Below are positions 16,921 to 30,925 of a stretch of DNA of 64,000 nucleotides, one piece after another. Positions within the stretch are counted from its first letter, which is position 1. The number at the start of each line of letters is the position of its first letter. The position numbers and the translations under genes were made by a program. The DNA lies in the NCBI GenBank assembly GCA_964016885.1, contig OZ024742.1, positions 368,218,001 through 368,282,000 of the forward strand. The letters are read 5' to 3'. Origin of the DNA: Eledone cirrhosa. Its lineage: Eukaryota. Below the pieces are notes generated by a model. It had not been told where the DNA came from. It ran no database searches and saw only the letters and a program-made list of their open reading frames with translations.

Positions 16921-19900
16921 TTTCAACAGTAATACTGTACTATACTATATATTTTCAACAGTAATACTATACTATATATTTTCAACAGTAATACTATACT
17001 ATATATTTTCAACAGTAATACTATACTATATATTTTCAACATTAATACTATACTATATATGTTCAACAGTAATACTGTACTATATATTTTCAACAGTAAT
17101 ACTATACTATATATTTTCAACAGTAATACTGTACTATATATTTTCAACAGTAATACTGTACTATATATTTTCAACAGTAATACTATACTATATATGTTCA
17201 ACAGTAATACTATACTATATATGTTCAACAGTAATACTATACTATATATTTTCAACAGTAATACTGTACTATATATTTTCAACAGTAATACTATACTATA
17301 TATTTTCAACAGTAATACTATACTATATATTTTCAACAGTAATACTATACTATATATTTTCAACAGTAATACTATACTATATATTTTCAACAGTAATACT
17401 ATACTATATATTTTTAACAGTAATACTGTACTATATATTTTCAACAGTAATACTATACTATATATTTTCAACAGTAATACTATACTATATATTTTCAACA
17501 GTAATACTATACTATATATTTTCAACAGTAATACTATACTATATATGTTCAACAGTAATACTATACTATATATTTTCAACAGTAATACTATACTATATAT
17601 GTTCAACAGTAATACTATACTATATATTTTCAACAGTAATACTGTACTATATATTTTCAACAGTAATACTATACTATATATTTTCAACAGTAATACTATA
17701 CTATATATTTTCAACAGTAATACTATACTATATATTTTCAACAGTAATACTATACTATATATTTTCAACAGTAATACTATACTATATATTTTCAACAGTA
17801 ATACTATACTATATATTTTTAACAGTAATACTGTACTATATATTTTCAACAGTAATACTATACTATATATTTTCAACAGTAATACTATACTATATATTTT
17901 CAACAGTAATACTATACTATATATTTTCAACAGTAATACTGTACTATATATTTTCAACAGTAATACTGTACTATATATTTTCAACAGTAATACTGTACTA
18001 TATATTTTCAACAGTAATACTGTACTATATATTTTCAACAGTAATACTGTACTATATATTTTCAACAGTAATACTATACTATATATGTTCAACAGTAATA
18101 CTATACTATATATGTTCAACAGTAATACTATACTATATATTTTCAACAGTAATACTATACTATATATTTTCAACAGTAATATTATACTATATATTTTCAA
18201 CAGTAATACTATACTATATATTTTCAACAGTAATACTATACTATACTATATATTTACAACAGTAATACTATACTATATATTTTCAACAGTAATACTATAC
18301 TATATATTTTCAACAGTAATACTGTACTATATATTTTCAACAGTAATATTATACTATATATTTTCAACAGTAATACTATACTATACTATATATTTACAAC
18401 AGTAATACTATACTATATATTTTCAACAGTAATACTATACTATATATTTTCAACAGTAATACTATACTATATATTTTCAACAGTAATATTATACTATATA
18501 TTTTCAACAGTAATACTATACTATACTATATATTTACAACAGTAATACTATACTATATATTTTCAACAGTAATACTGTACTATATATTTTCAACAGTAAT
18601 ACTATACTATATATTTTCAACAGTAATACTATACTATATATTTTCAACAGTAATACTGTACTATATATTTTCAACAGTAATACTATACTATATATTTTCA
18701 ACAGTAATACTATACTATATATTTTCAACAGTAATACTGTACTATATATTTTCAACAGTAATACTATACTATATATTTTCAACAGTAATACTATACTATA
18801 TATTTTCAACAGTAATACTATACTATATATTTTCAACAGTAATACTATACTATATATTTTCAACAGTAATACTGTACTATATATTTTCAACAGTAATACT
18901 ATACTATATATTTTCAACAGTAATACTATACTATATATTTTCAACAGTAATACTATACTTTATATTTTCAACAGTAATACTATACTATATATTTTCAACA
19001 GTAATACTATACTATATATTTACAACAGTAATACTATACTATATATTTTCAACAGTAATACTATACTATATATTTTCAACAGTAATACTATACTATATAT
19101 TTTCAACAGTAATACTGTACTATATATTTTCAACAGTAATACTGTACTATATATTTACAACAGTAATACTATACTATATATTTTCAACAGTAATACTATA
19201 CTATATATTTTCAACAGTAATACTGTACTATATATTTACAACAGTAATACTATACTATATATTTTCAACAGTAATACTATACTATATATTTTCAACAGTA
19301 ATACTGTACTATATATTTACAACAGTAATACTATACTATATATTTTCAACAGTAATACTATACTATATATTTTCAACAGTAATACTGTACTATATATTTA
19401 CAACAGTAATACTATACTATATATTTTCAACAGTAATACTGTACTATATATTTTCAACAGTAATACTATACTATATATTTTCAACAGTAATACTATACTA
19501 TACTATATATTTTCAACAGTAATGCTATACTATATATGTTCAACAGTAATACTATACTATATATTTTCAACAGTAATACTATACTATATATTTTCAACAG
19601 TAATACTATACTATATATTTACAACAGTAATACTATACTATATATTTTCAACAGTAATACTATACTATATATTTTCAACAGTAATACTGTAATATATATT
19701 TTCAACAGTAATACTATACTATATATTTTCAACAGTAATACTATACTATATATTTTCAACAGTATTACTATACTATATATTTTCAACAGTAATACTATAC
19801 TATATATTTTCAACAGTAATACTGTACTATATATTTTCAACAGTAATACTGTACTATATATTTTCAACAGTAATACTATACTATATATTTACAACAGTAA

Positions 19901-22278
19901 TACTATACTATATATTTACAACAGTAATACTATACTATATATTTACAACAGTAATACTATACTATATATTTTCAACAGTAATACTGTACTATATATTTAC
20001 AACAGTAATACTGTACTATACATTTTCAACAGTAATACTATACTATATATTTTCAACAGTAATACTATACTATATATTTTCAACATTAATACTGTACTAT
20101 ATATGTTCAACAGTAATACTATACTATATCTGTTCAACAGTAATACTATACTATATATTTTCAACAGTAATACTGTACTATATATTTTCAACAGTAATAC
20201 TATACTATATATTTTCAACAGTAATATTATACAATATATTTTCAACAGTAATACTGTACTATATATTTTCAACAGTAAAACTGTACTATATATTTTCAAC
20301 AGTAATACTGTACTATATATTTTCAACAGTAATACTGTACTATATATGTTCAACATTAATACTATACTATATATGTTCAACAGTAATACTATACTATATA
20401 TGTTCAACAATAATACTATACTATATATTTTCAACAGTAATACTGTACTATATATTTTCAACAGTAATACTATACTATATATTTTCAACAGTAATACTAT
20501 ACTGTATATTTTCAACAGTAATACTGTACTATATATTTGCAACAGTAATACTATACTATATATTTTCAACAGTAATACTGTACTATATATTTTCAACAGT
20601 AATACTATACTATATATTTTCAACAGTAATACTATACTATATATTTTCAACAGTAATACTATACTATATATTTTCAACAGTAATACTATACTATATATTT
20701 TCAACAGTAATACTGTACTATATATTTGCAACAGTAATACTATACTATATATTTTCAACAGTAATACTGTACTATATATTTTCAACAGTAATACTGTACT
20801 ATATATTTTCAACAGTAATACTATACTATATATTTTCAACAGTAATACTATACTATATATTTTCAACAGTAATACTGTACTATATATGTTCAACAGTAAT
20901 ACTATACTATATATTTTCAACAGTAATACTATACTATATATTTTCAACAGTAATACTATACTATACTATATATTTTCAACAGTAATACTATACTATATAT
21001 TTTCAACAGTAATACTGTACTATATATTTTCAACAGTAATACTGTACTATCTATTTTCAACAGTAATACTATACTATATATTTTCAACAGTAATACTATA
21101 CTATACTATATATTTTCAACAGTAATACTATACTATACTATATATTTTCAACAGTAATACTGTACTATATATTTTCAACAGTAATACTATACTATATATT
21201 TTCAACAGTAATACTGTACTATCTATTTTCAACAGTAATACTATACTATATATTTTCAACAGTAATACTATACTATACTATATATTTTCAACAGTAATAC
21301 TGTACTATATATGTTCAACAGTAATACTATATTATATATTTTCAACAGTAATACTATACTATATATTTTCAACAGTAATACTGTACTATATATTTTCAAC
21401 AGTAATACTATACTATATATTTTCAACAGTAATACTGTACTATCTATTTTCAACAGTAATACTATACTATATATTTTCAACAGTAATACTATACTATACT
21501 ATATATTTTCAACAGTAATACTATACTATACTATATATTTTCAACAGTAATACTGTACTATATATTTTCAACAGTAATACTATACTATATATTTTCAACA
21601 GTAATACTATACTATACTATATATTTTCAACAGTAATACTGTACTATATATGTTCAACAGTAATACTATACTATATATTTTCAACAGTAATACTATACTA
21701 TATATTTTCAACAGTAATACTGTACTATATATTTTCAACAGTAATACTATACTATATATTTTCAAAGGTAATACTGTACTATCTATTTTCAACAGTAATA
21801 CTATACTATATATGTTCAACAGTAATACTATACTATACTATATATTTTCAACAGTAATACTATACTATACTATATGTTTTCAACAGTAATACTATACTAT
21901 ACTATATATGTTCAACAGTAATACTATACTATACTATATATTTTCAACAGTAATACTATACTATACTATATATTTTCAACAGTAATACTATACTATACTA
22001 TATATGTTCAACAGTAATACTATACTATACTATATATTTTCAACAGTAATACTATACTATACTATATATTTTCAACAGTAATACTATACTATACTATATA
22101 TGTTCAACAGTAATACTATACTATACTATATATGTTCAACAGTAATACTATACTATACTATATATTTTCAACAGTAATACTATACTATACTATATATTTT
22201 CAAAAGTAATATTGTACTATATATGTTCAACAGTAATACTATACTATATATTTACAACAGTAATACTGTACTATATAT
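16921..22278. repeat. 27-bp AT-rich satellite (TTTTCAACAGTAATACTATACTATATA)n, roughly 195 copies
   Basis: The 27-bp period gives the 9-aa periodic ORFs IFNSNTILY/KIYSIVLLL. Variants of 32 bp with an extra CTATA are concentrated near the right end. Confidence 0.97.
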
Positions 22279-24564
22279 TCTCGCCACTTTCACCCATCTT
22301 TCATAGAAACGGCTGGGGTGCAGCACCTCGCTCTCCATCCTGATCCTTCTTCCGAAATGATATCGGAAGAAACGGACCAGTTGTTGGCCAGAAAGAAAGG
22401 TGTCTGACCTCAGTCCTTTCAGACGCGTCCACCATACAACCTCGTTTGCCATGGCTATTACGCACAGAAACACCGCCTCTCCTTCGTTTTTGAAGAGGGG
22501 AGGCGGCTTGATCGTTACAATAGACTCGGTGGTCAACCGGATTGGTCCCACCCTTGACAGCAGTTGTTCGACATAGCCCCACAGATCGGCAATGCCCGAG
22601 CAGTGTACCAATGCGTGTGCAACGGTTTCCTCGTCGCACACGCATCTGGGACAGACCTCTTTCGATGGGTCCCTACCCGGGCGCCCGTGTCTGTAGAGCC
22701 TTTCTCGAACGGGCAGAGCCCTTCTGTAGCATTGCCAGGCCAGGGACCTCTGGAAGTTATCCATGGGTCCCGGGCTGAATGTCCTACCGAACAGGTTGGC
22801 CAGTTCGTCTTCCTCCATGCCTAGGGCTTCTCCGAGGGCGTCGTCGCACCTGCTAACCACCAGCCCTCTATAGAATGACGAGGTGGATTCTCCACTGACA
22901 GCCGGGTCCGCCTGCCAGAGAGCCGTGAGCACCTGGGCACACTCGGTGTGCCAGGCGCCCAGTTTTCTCGGTCTTTGCTTGACCCAGGATTGCAGCTCGG
23001 TGAGTGAGACGAGTCTGGGAAAGGCTCGCCTCACAAACGGGGCCCACACCGGTTGACCGGAGAGGAATACCTGAAGGTGCCGTAGCCTTAATGCGTGTTT
23101 ACGTATCATCAACCACGGCATCCCCAGCCCTCCTTTCGAAGGGTGTTGACAGCAGATGGATCTCCTCACCATAGGAGCCCGCTTCTTCCAAAGGAATTGG
23201 AAGAGTGCGCGCTCCATTTTGGCGAGCGTTTCCCTTGGGCAAGGCACCACGGTCAGGCGGTAGTAGATGACGGACGCTATATAAGTGTTCGCCACCTCCG
23301 CCCGACCTTTCAGGGACAGTTTGCACTCGGCCCACTTCTGGGTCAGTGCAAACACCCTGCTCGTCACCTCACCCCGGTTCTTCTCCACCTGGAGGTCTGG
23401 TCCGAACCAGACCCCGAGCAATTTCACCGGGCCCTCCGTCCAGCGCCCGACGACGCCATAGGAGGGCATCGATCTGCCCCTCCACGTGCCGAGTTGCAGA
23501 CCGATCGACTTGTCCCGGTTCACCTTAGCCCCTGTAAACCTTTCGTACTCCTCCGGTAAGGTGCCGATCGCCCCGATTTCCGAGGCCGTCGACACCATTA
23601 CTGTTACGTCATCGGCGTAGGCTGACACCGCTTTCCGCAATCCCGGTTCCAACGGGATCCCCTGCAACAACTCCAACTTCCGCAGCAGTGGCTCTAGAGT
23701 CACTACATACAGAAGGGAGGAGAGAGGGCACCCCTGTCGGATGGACCGCGCGATTTCGAACGGCTCCGAGAGGTAGCCGTTCACCTTGACCCTAGAGCAG
23801 ATGCGGCTGCTGTGCATGGCATTGATCCAGCCCCTGAAAACGGGTCCGAAGCCTGCCGCCGCTAGCACCGCATCCAGGTAACCATGGTCGACCCTATCGA
23901 ATGCCTTAGATTGATCCAAGTTGATCAGGGCCCCACCAAAGCCGGGTTCGTTCCCAACCCTCTCTATGATGTATCGCATGAGGTGGAGGTTATCGTGGAT
24001 GGACCTGGACGGGATAGCACATGTCTGCGCATCTCCCACCAGGTTGCCCACGACAAGCGCCAACCTCTTTGCTAGCACCTTGGCCAAAATCTGTAACTCT
24101 GTATTTAGCAGAGTTATGGGCCTGAAATTATTTATATCGTCCCCCTTGTTCTCGTCCTTCCTCACTAGCGTGACTACGCCCTTGGTCACAGCACAGGTAA
24201 TTCTCACGTTCTGTCGCCAGTTGCAGTAGACCGCCTCGAGGAGTTCGGGGAACAAGTCCGGCATAGCTAGATATAGTTCGTATGGAAGACCATCGAGACC
24301 CGGGGATTTGCGTTTGCCGCATTGGCTCAGCATGTCCTCTATCTCAGCGGCTGAAATCGGCTCCTCGCAGGACTTCGCCTCCCTGTCCGAGAGACGCGGC
24401 AGGTCGTCGAGGTATGGACCGAAGTCCACGTCCTCAACCGGCCCCCCGCCCCTTCCGAACAATTCGGCAAAGTGCTTTTGAAAAGCCTCGCACATCTGCT
24501 TAGATTCAAGGATCACCCGTCCATCCTGGTCTCGCAAAGACCGGATAGTGTATCTGCTCCCTCT

Positions 24565-24565
<1 letters not shown>
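22279..24565 (-). mobile_element. Tx1-clade non-LTR retrotransposon copy A (ORF2 fragment; 5'-truncated; 3' end replaced by satellite)
   Basis: RT motifs KSPGLDGL, LDQSKAFDRV, QGCPLS and YADD, plus C-terminal CPRC...HALVHC. The 5' side abuts (GATA)n at 24566-24642. Confidence 0.92.
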
Positions 24566-24642
<77 letters not shown>

Positions 24643-24643
<1 letters not shown>

Positions 24644-27239
24644 ATGTCTTTATTAGCCACAAGGGCACAAAAGAAGGGGACAAATACAAATGGGGTGTTT
24701 ACATACAGGTATATAAAAATAAAACTATTAATACAATAACAAATAACAATTGAAATCCCCAATAGGGGGGAGGCGTTACACGGGTTGTACACACCCCGAA
24801 AAAATGTACAACCCTCATCTATAGGAGCACCAAGAGTGATTACTGCCTTCCTCTCTTCCTCTTTTTCCTCAACCTACAGGCTTATATAGAGAGAAGGCCC
24901 AACCACTCGGGCCATCTTTGCCACATTCACCCACCTTTTATCAAATTTGCTGGGGTACAGCACCTCTCTCTCCATCCTGATTCTTCTACCAAAATGATAT
25001 TTGAAAAAACGAATCAGTTGCTCGCCGAAGAGAAAGGTGTCTGACCTCAGCCCTTTAAACCTCGTCCACCATATAACCTCTTTCACCATAGCCATAACAC
25101 ATAGGAAAACCGCCTCTCCCTCGTTTTTGAAGGAGGGTGGCGGTTTGATCGTGACAATGGACTCGGTGGTCAACTGGATTGGTCCCACCTGCGACAATAG
25201 TCGTTCTACATAGCTCCACAGGTCGGAAACGCCCGGCAGTGTACGAATGCGTGCGCGACGGCTTCCTCGTCGCACACGCATCTCGGACAGATCTTTTTCG
25301 AAGGGTCCCAGCCCTGGCGCCCGTGTCTGAAGAACTTGTCTCGAACTGGTAGAGCTCCTCGGTAGCACTGCCAAGCCATGGACTTTTGGAAGTTGTCCAT
25401 TGGTCTCGGGCGGAAGGTCCTACCGAACAGACTGGCCAGTTCGTCCTCCTCTACGCCTAGAGTTTCTCCGAGCGTGTCGTCGCACTTGCTGCGGACCAAC
25501 CTTCTATAGAATGTCGAAGTGGAGTCTCCACTGATAGCCGGGTCCGTTTGCCAGAGGACTGTGAGCGCCTGAGCACATTCGATGTGCCAGTCGCCCATTT
25601 TTCTCGGTCTTTGCTTGACCCAGGGTTGCAGCTCGCTCAGCGAGACGAGTCGTGGGATGGCTCACCTCACGAACGGGGCCCACACCGGTTGTCTGGTGAG
25701 GAATACGTGGAGGTGTCGCAGCCTGAGCGCTTGTTTGCGCATAGTCAGCCACGGCAACCCCAGCCCTCCGTTTGAAGGGTGTTGGCAGCAGATGGATCTT
25801 CTCACCAAAGGAGCCCGTTTCTTACAAAGGAATTGGAAGAGCGCGCGCTCCATTTTGGTGAGCGTTTTGGCTGGACAATGCACGACGGTCAAGCGGTAGT
25901 AGATGACGGACGCTATAAAAGTGTTTGCCACCTCCGCCCGACCTTTCAAGGATAGTTTGCACTCGGCCCACTTCTGGGTGAGTGCAAACACCTTGGCCGA
26001 CACCTCGTTCCAGTTCTTCTCCACCTGGAGGTCCGGACCAAACCAGACCCCGAGCAGCTTTACCGGTTCTTCCGTCCAGCGTCCGACGGCGCCATCGGAA
26101 GGCATCGGCTTGCCTCTCCACGTTCCGAGTTGCAAACCGACGGAATTGTCCCGGTTCATCTTCGCTCCTGTGAACCTTTCGTATTCTTTCAGTAAGGTGC
26201 CGACCTACCCGATTTGCGAGGTACTCGACACCATTACTGTCATGTCGTCGGCGTATGCCGACGCCGCTTTTCGCAGTCGCGGTCCCAAAGGGATGCCCTG
26301 CAATAGCTCCAACTTCCGCAGTAGTGACTCGAGAGTCAGTACGTACAAACAGGGAGGAGAGAGGGCATCCCTGTCGGATGGATCGCGTGATATGTAACGG
26401 CCCCGAGAGGTAGCCGTTCACCTTGACCCTTGAGATGTTGCTGCTGTGCATTGCAGCAATCCAGCCCCTGAACACGGGTCCGAAGCCTGCCGCCTCCAGC
26501 AGCGCATCCAGGTAACGATGGTCAACCCTATTGAAAGCCTTAGACTGATCCAAGTTGATCAGGACCCCAACGAAGCCGGGTTTATACCCAACCCTCTCTA
26601 TGATGTATCGCATGAGGTGGAGGTTGTCGTGTATGGACCTAGTCGGGATTCCAGGAGACCGGAGAACAATCCGGCATTGCTACGTAAAATTCGTAGGGTA
26701 GACCGTCGAGACCTGGAGATTTGCGTTTGCCGCATTGGCTCAGCGCGTCCCCTATCTTAGCGGCCGAAATCGGCCTTTCGCAGAACTTCGCCTCGCTGTC
26801 CAAGAGTCGCGGTAGGCCGTCGAGGTATGGACCGAAATCCATAGCCCCTCCCGGCGCGCCACCCTGCCCGAACAGTTGAGCAAAGTGCCGCTGAAAGGCC
26901 GCGCACATCTGCTTCGGCTCACGTATCACGCGTCCGTCTTGGTCCTTCAAAGACCGAATCGTGGACTTGTTGCTACTTTTCGCCTCCGTGACTCGGGCCC
27001 AGCTAACAGCTTTAGCTCCCTTGTTTCCCAGAGCACGTATTTTGCTTCTGACAACGCAGCCTTCATGCTTTGCGTCGAACAACTGGTCCAAGGCCGTTCT
27101 CGTCGCTAGCACGCTGGCTACGTTGCCACTCCTAAGTGCCTCTTCTACTTTATCTACCAGTTCCTTTTCGGTCTTAATTCTATCTAACACTAATTCTTTA
27201 CTAAAACCTATCGAGTCTAATCTAACTGCCCTCTTGAGA
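24643..27239 (-). mobile_element. Tx1-clade copy B (5'-truncated, frameshifted, internal deletion near 26640)
   Basis: Fragmented RT ORFs 24874-27239 homologous to copy D ORF2. The 3' UTR has AATAAA abutting the TATC tract. Flanked by GATA tracts on both sides. Confidence 0.9.
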
Positions 27240-27486
27240 GATAGATAGATAGATAAATTTCTATTTATTTGCCACGAGGGCACAAAAGAAGGGGACATTT
27301 ACACAGTGGGGGAGTTTACATAAATCGAGTAAAGAAAAAGGAATAACAATAATAATATAACAATAAAAAGTCCTCAAAAGGGAGGGGGCGTGTTGGGGAT
27401 TGCACATACCCCCGAAAAGTGTGCAACTCTTTTCGCGGGGGAAGCCCAGAGAGGAGGCGCTCCCCCTTTCCTCTTCACTTCTTCAC

Positions 27487-30400
27487 CTACAGAACAATGT
27501 AGAGAGAAGGCCCATTTACACGGGCCATTCTCGCTTCTTTCACCCACCTTTCATAAAACTGTCTGGGGCCAAGCACTTCTCTCTCCATCCTGATCCTTCT
27601 TCCGAAGTGGTATCGGAAGAAGTAAACCAGGTGATGGCCGGAGAGAAAGTCACCCGACCTCAGACCTTTCAGGCGCGTCCACCACACAACCTCTTTCATC
27701 ATGGCTATTACGCACAGAAAGACCGCCTCTGCTTCATTTCTGAAGGGAGGAGGCGGCTTGATGTTCACCACAGACTCGGCGGTTAATCGAATCGGCGCCA
27801 CACGCGACAGCAGTCGTTCGACGTAGCCCCACAGATCGGCAACGCCCGGGCAGTGTGCCAGTGCGTGCGCAACGGTTTCCTCGTCGCGCACGCATCTGGG
27901 ACAGATCTTTTTCGCGGGATCCCTGCCCAGGCGCCCGTGTCTGTAGAGCTTTTCTCGAACGGGCAGAGCCCCCCGGTAACACTGCCAGGCTAGGGACCTC
28001 TGGAAGTTGTCCATGGGTCCCGGGTCGAAAGTTCTACCGAACAGGCTGGCCAGTTCGTCCTCCTCCATGCCTAGCGACTCTCCAAGGGTGTCGTCGACCT
28101 TGCTAGCCACCAACCCTCTATAGAATGTCGAGGTGGATTCTCCACTGATAGTCGGGTCCGCTTGCCAGATAGCCGTGAGCGCCTGGGCACACTCGGTGTG
28201 CCAGTTGCCCAGTTTTCTCGGTCTTTGCTTCACCCAGGATTGCAGTTCGGTGAGCGAGACGAGCTGTGGGAAGGCTCGCCTCACAAACGGGACCCACACC
28301 GGCTGACCGTTGAGGAATACCTGTAGATGCCGTAGCCTCAATGCGTGCCTACGCATCAACAGCCACGGCATACCCAGCCCTCCTTTCGAAGGGTGCTGGC
28401 AGCAGATGGATCTCCTCACCATGGGAGGCCGCTTCTTCCAGAGGAACTGGAAGAGCATGCGTTCCATGATGGTGAGCTTTTCCTTGGGGCAAGGCACGAC
28501 GGTCAGGCGGTAGTAGATGACGGACGCTATGTAAGCGTTCGTCACCTCCGCCAGACCTTTCAGTGATAGTTTGCACTTGGCCCACTTCTGGGTCAGCGCA
28601 AACACCCTGCTCGTCACCTCGCCCCAATTCTTCTCCACCTGGAGGTCCGGTCCGAACCAGACCCCGAGCAGCTTCACCGGGCCCTCCGTCCACCGCCCGA
28701 TGACACCGTCTAACGGCATCGGTTTGCCCCTCCACGTTCCGAGTTGCAAACCTACTGACTTGTTCTGGTTCATCCTATCCACCGTCAGCCTTTCGTATTC
28801 CTCCAGTAGGGTGGCGATCGCCCCGATTTCCGAGGCGTCCGCCACCATTACTGTTACGTCGTCGGCATAGGCCGAGACCGCTTTGTGCAATCCCGGTTCC
28901 AGGGGTATGCCCCGCAGCAACTCCAACTTCCGCAGCAGTGGCTCGAGAGTCAATACGTACAGAAGGGAGGAGAGGGGGCACCCCTGTCTGATGGACCGGG
29001 TGATTTGAAACGGCTCCGAGAGGTAGCCGTTTACTTTAATCCTAGAGTAGATGTTGCCACTGTGCATGGCAGAAATCCAGCCCCTGAAAACGGGTCCGAA
29101 GCCCGCCGCCGCTAGCACCGCATCCAGGTAACCATGGTCGACCCTATCGAACGCCTTAGATTGATCCAAGTTGATCAGGGCACCACCAAAGCCGGGTTCG
29201 TTGCCAACCCTCTCTATGATGTATCGCATGAGGTGGAGGTTGTCGTGAATGGACCTGGACGGGATAGCGCATGTCTGCGCGTCTCCCACCAAACCACCCA
29301 CCACAAGCGCCAACCTCTTCGCCAACACCTTGGCCAAAATCTGTAACTCTGCATTCAGCAGAGTTATGGGCCTAAAGTTACTTAAGTCGTCCCCCTTGCT
29401 CTCATCCTTCCTCACTAGCGTGACCACGCCCTTGGTCACAGAACAGGGAATTCTCCCGTTCTGTTGCCAGTTGCAATAGACAGCCTCGAGGAGTTCGGAG
29501 AACAAGACCGGCATAGCTAAATAAAGTTCGTATGGTAGACCATCGAGACCCGGAGATTTACGTCTGCTGCATTGGCTGAGCGCTTCCCCGATTTCAGTGG
29601 CTGTGATTGGCCTTTCGCAGCACTCCGCTTCGCCGCTCGAAAGACGCGGTAGACCGTCGAGGTATGGACCGAAGTCCACATCCCCGTCCGGCCCCCCGCC
29701 CCCTCCGAACAGTCGAGCAAAGTGCCTTTGAAAGGCCTCGCACATCCGCTCAGGTTCAAGGATCACCCGTCCATCCTGGTCTCGCAAAGACCGAATGGTG
29801 GATTTAATCCCACTCTTGGCTTCTGTCACGCGGGCCCAGCTAACAGCTTTGGTCACCTCGTTTCCTAAAGCACGTATTTTACTTCGGACAACGCAGCCTT
29901 CGTGCTTCGCGTCAAAGAACTGGCTCAACGCCGTTCTCGCCGCTAACACTCTGGCTACGTCTCCGCTCCTAATCGCCTCTTCTAGTTTATCTGTTAACTC
30001 CCTTTCCTTCCTATTTCTATTCGCCGCTAGTTCCTTACTGTAACCTATCGAACTTACTCTAATCTCTCTCTTTAGAGATACCCACCACCTACTGTTGACG
30101 ATCGCTCCCGTCAACCGCATCTTAACTAAGCTACTAATCTGGTTCCTGTAATCTTTCTTTGCCGGCAAGGACAAGTTCATCTTCCAGTAACTGGGACCCT
30201 GTCTATACGTTCTATCAAGGTTGACCACGCAGGTCACTAATTTGTGATCTGAATAGCCAACCATGATCAATTCTGGACAACTAAATACGTCCCTATCCTT
30301 ACTCCTAACCAAAAACCTATCTAGGTACGATCTAGATTGTCCACTGCGGTTTGCCCAGGTCCAGGTTGGCGCAGTTGGACAATCTAGTCGAAATCTATCG

Positions 30401-30925
30401 ACCAGGTCGAATCGATCGAGTAACCCCTTGAGGCTGCTACACCCCCCTCTATCGGGACATGCCCCTGCATAGTCCCAACGCGCATCTAGGATTCCATTCC
30501 TGTCCCCCACTAAAAGCAGGGAACGCGACGTTCCTAGAAAAGTCTCCAGACGCTGGAAGAAGTCGGCTCTTTCCGCCCCGAAGGGGGCATAAAGACCGAC
30601 CAGTCTGAAAGCCCCGCCTTCACCGCCCCCGACGTCCAGCACCAGTAATCGACCCCCCGGGTCCGAGTGAACAATCTGTACGTCGAGAGCCAGACGTTTA
30701 TCCAGCAGTACGGCAACTCCCCCCCCCCGCCTCCGGGTTGACAGAGAGATGCGTGCATCTCAAAGTCATCGAAGGCGGGCGCCAGCTGTCTCACGCTGCT
30801 GATCCGACTCTCGCAAACAACCATCACATCTATACTTTGTGACCTGAGGTCATTTAGAAGCTTTGCTTTCTTCCAAGCTGAGCCCAGGCCACGCGCGTTC
30901 AAACAGCCAACTCTCAATTGATCTA
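27487..30925 (-). pseudogene. ORF2 of copy C: APE endonuclease + reverse transcriptase + CCHC zinc finger (frameshift at C-run ~30720)
   Basis: ORFs 30534-30917 (LNARGL) and 27487-30642 (YLDRFL, SDH, YADD) join by a one-base shift. The start codon appears mutated (ATA). Confidence 0.85.

Noticed and set aside
16923-21889. IFNSNTILY / KIYSIVLLL repeat ORFs
   Set aside because: The 27-bp unit is a multiple of 3, so the ORFs are a satellite artefact.
16921-22278. CRISPR-like array
   Set aside because: Contiguous repeats with no unique spacers, no cas genes, and a eukaryotic context.
24566-24792. N-terminal extensions of ORFs through YLSI repeats (also 46168-46245)
   Set aside because: These are read-through across TATC tracts and neighbouring 3' UTRs, not real protein.
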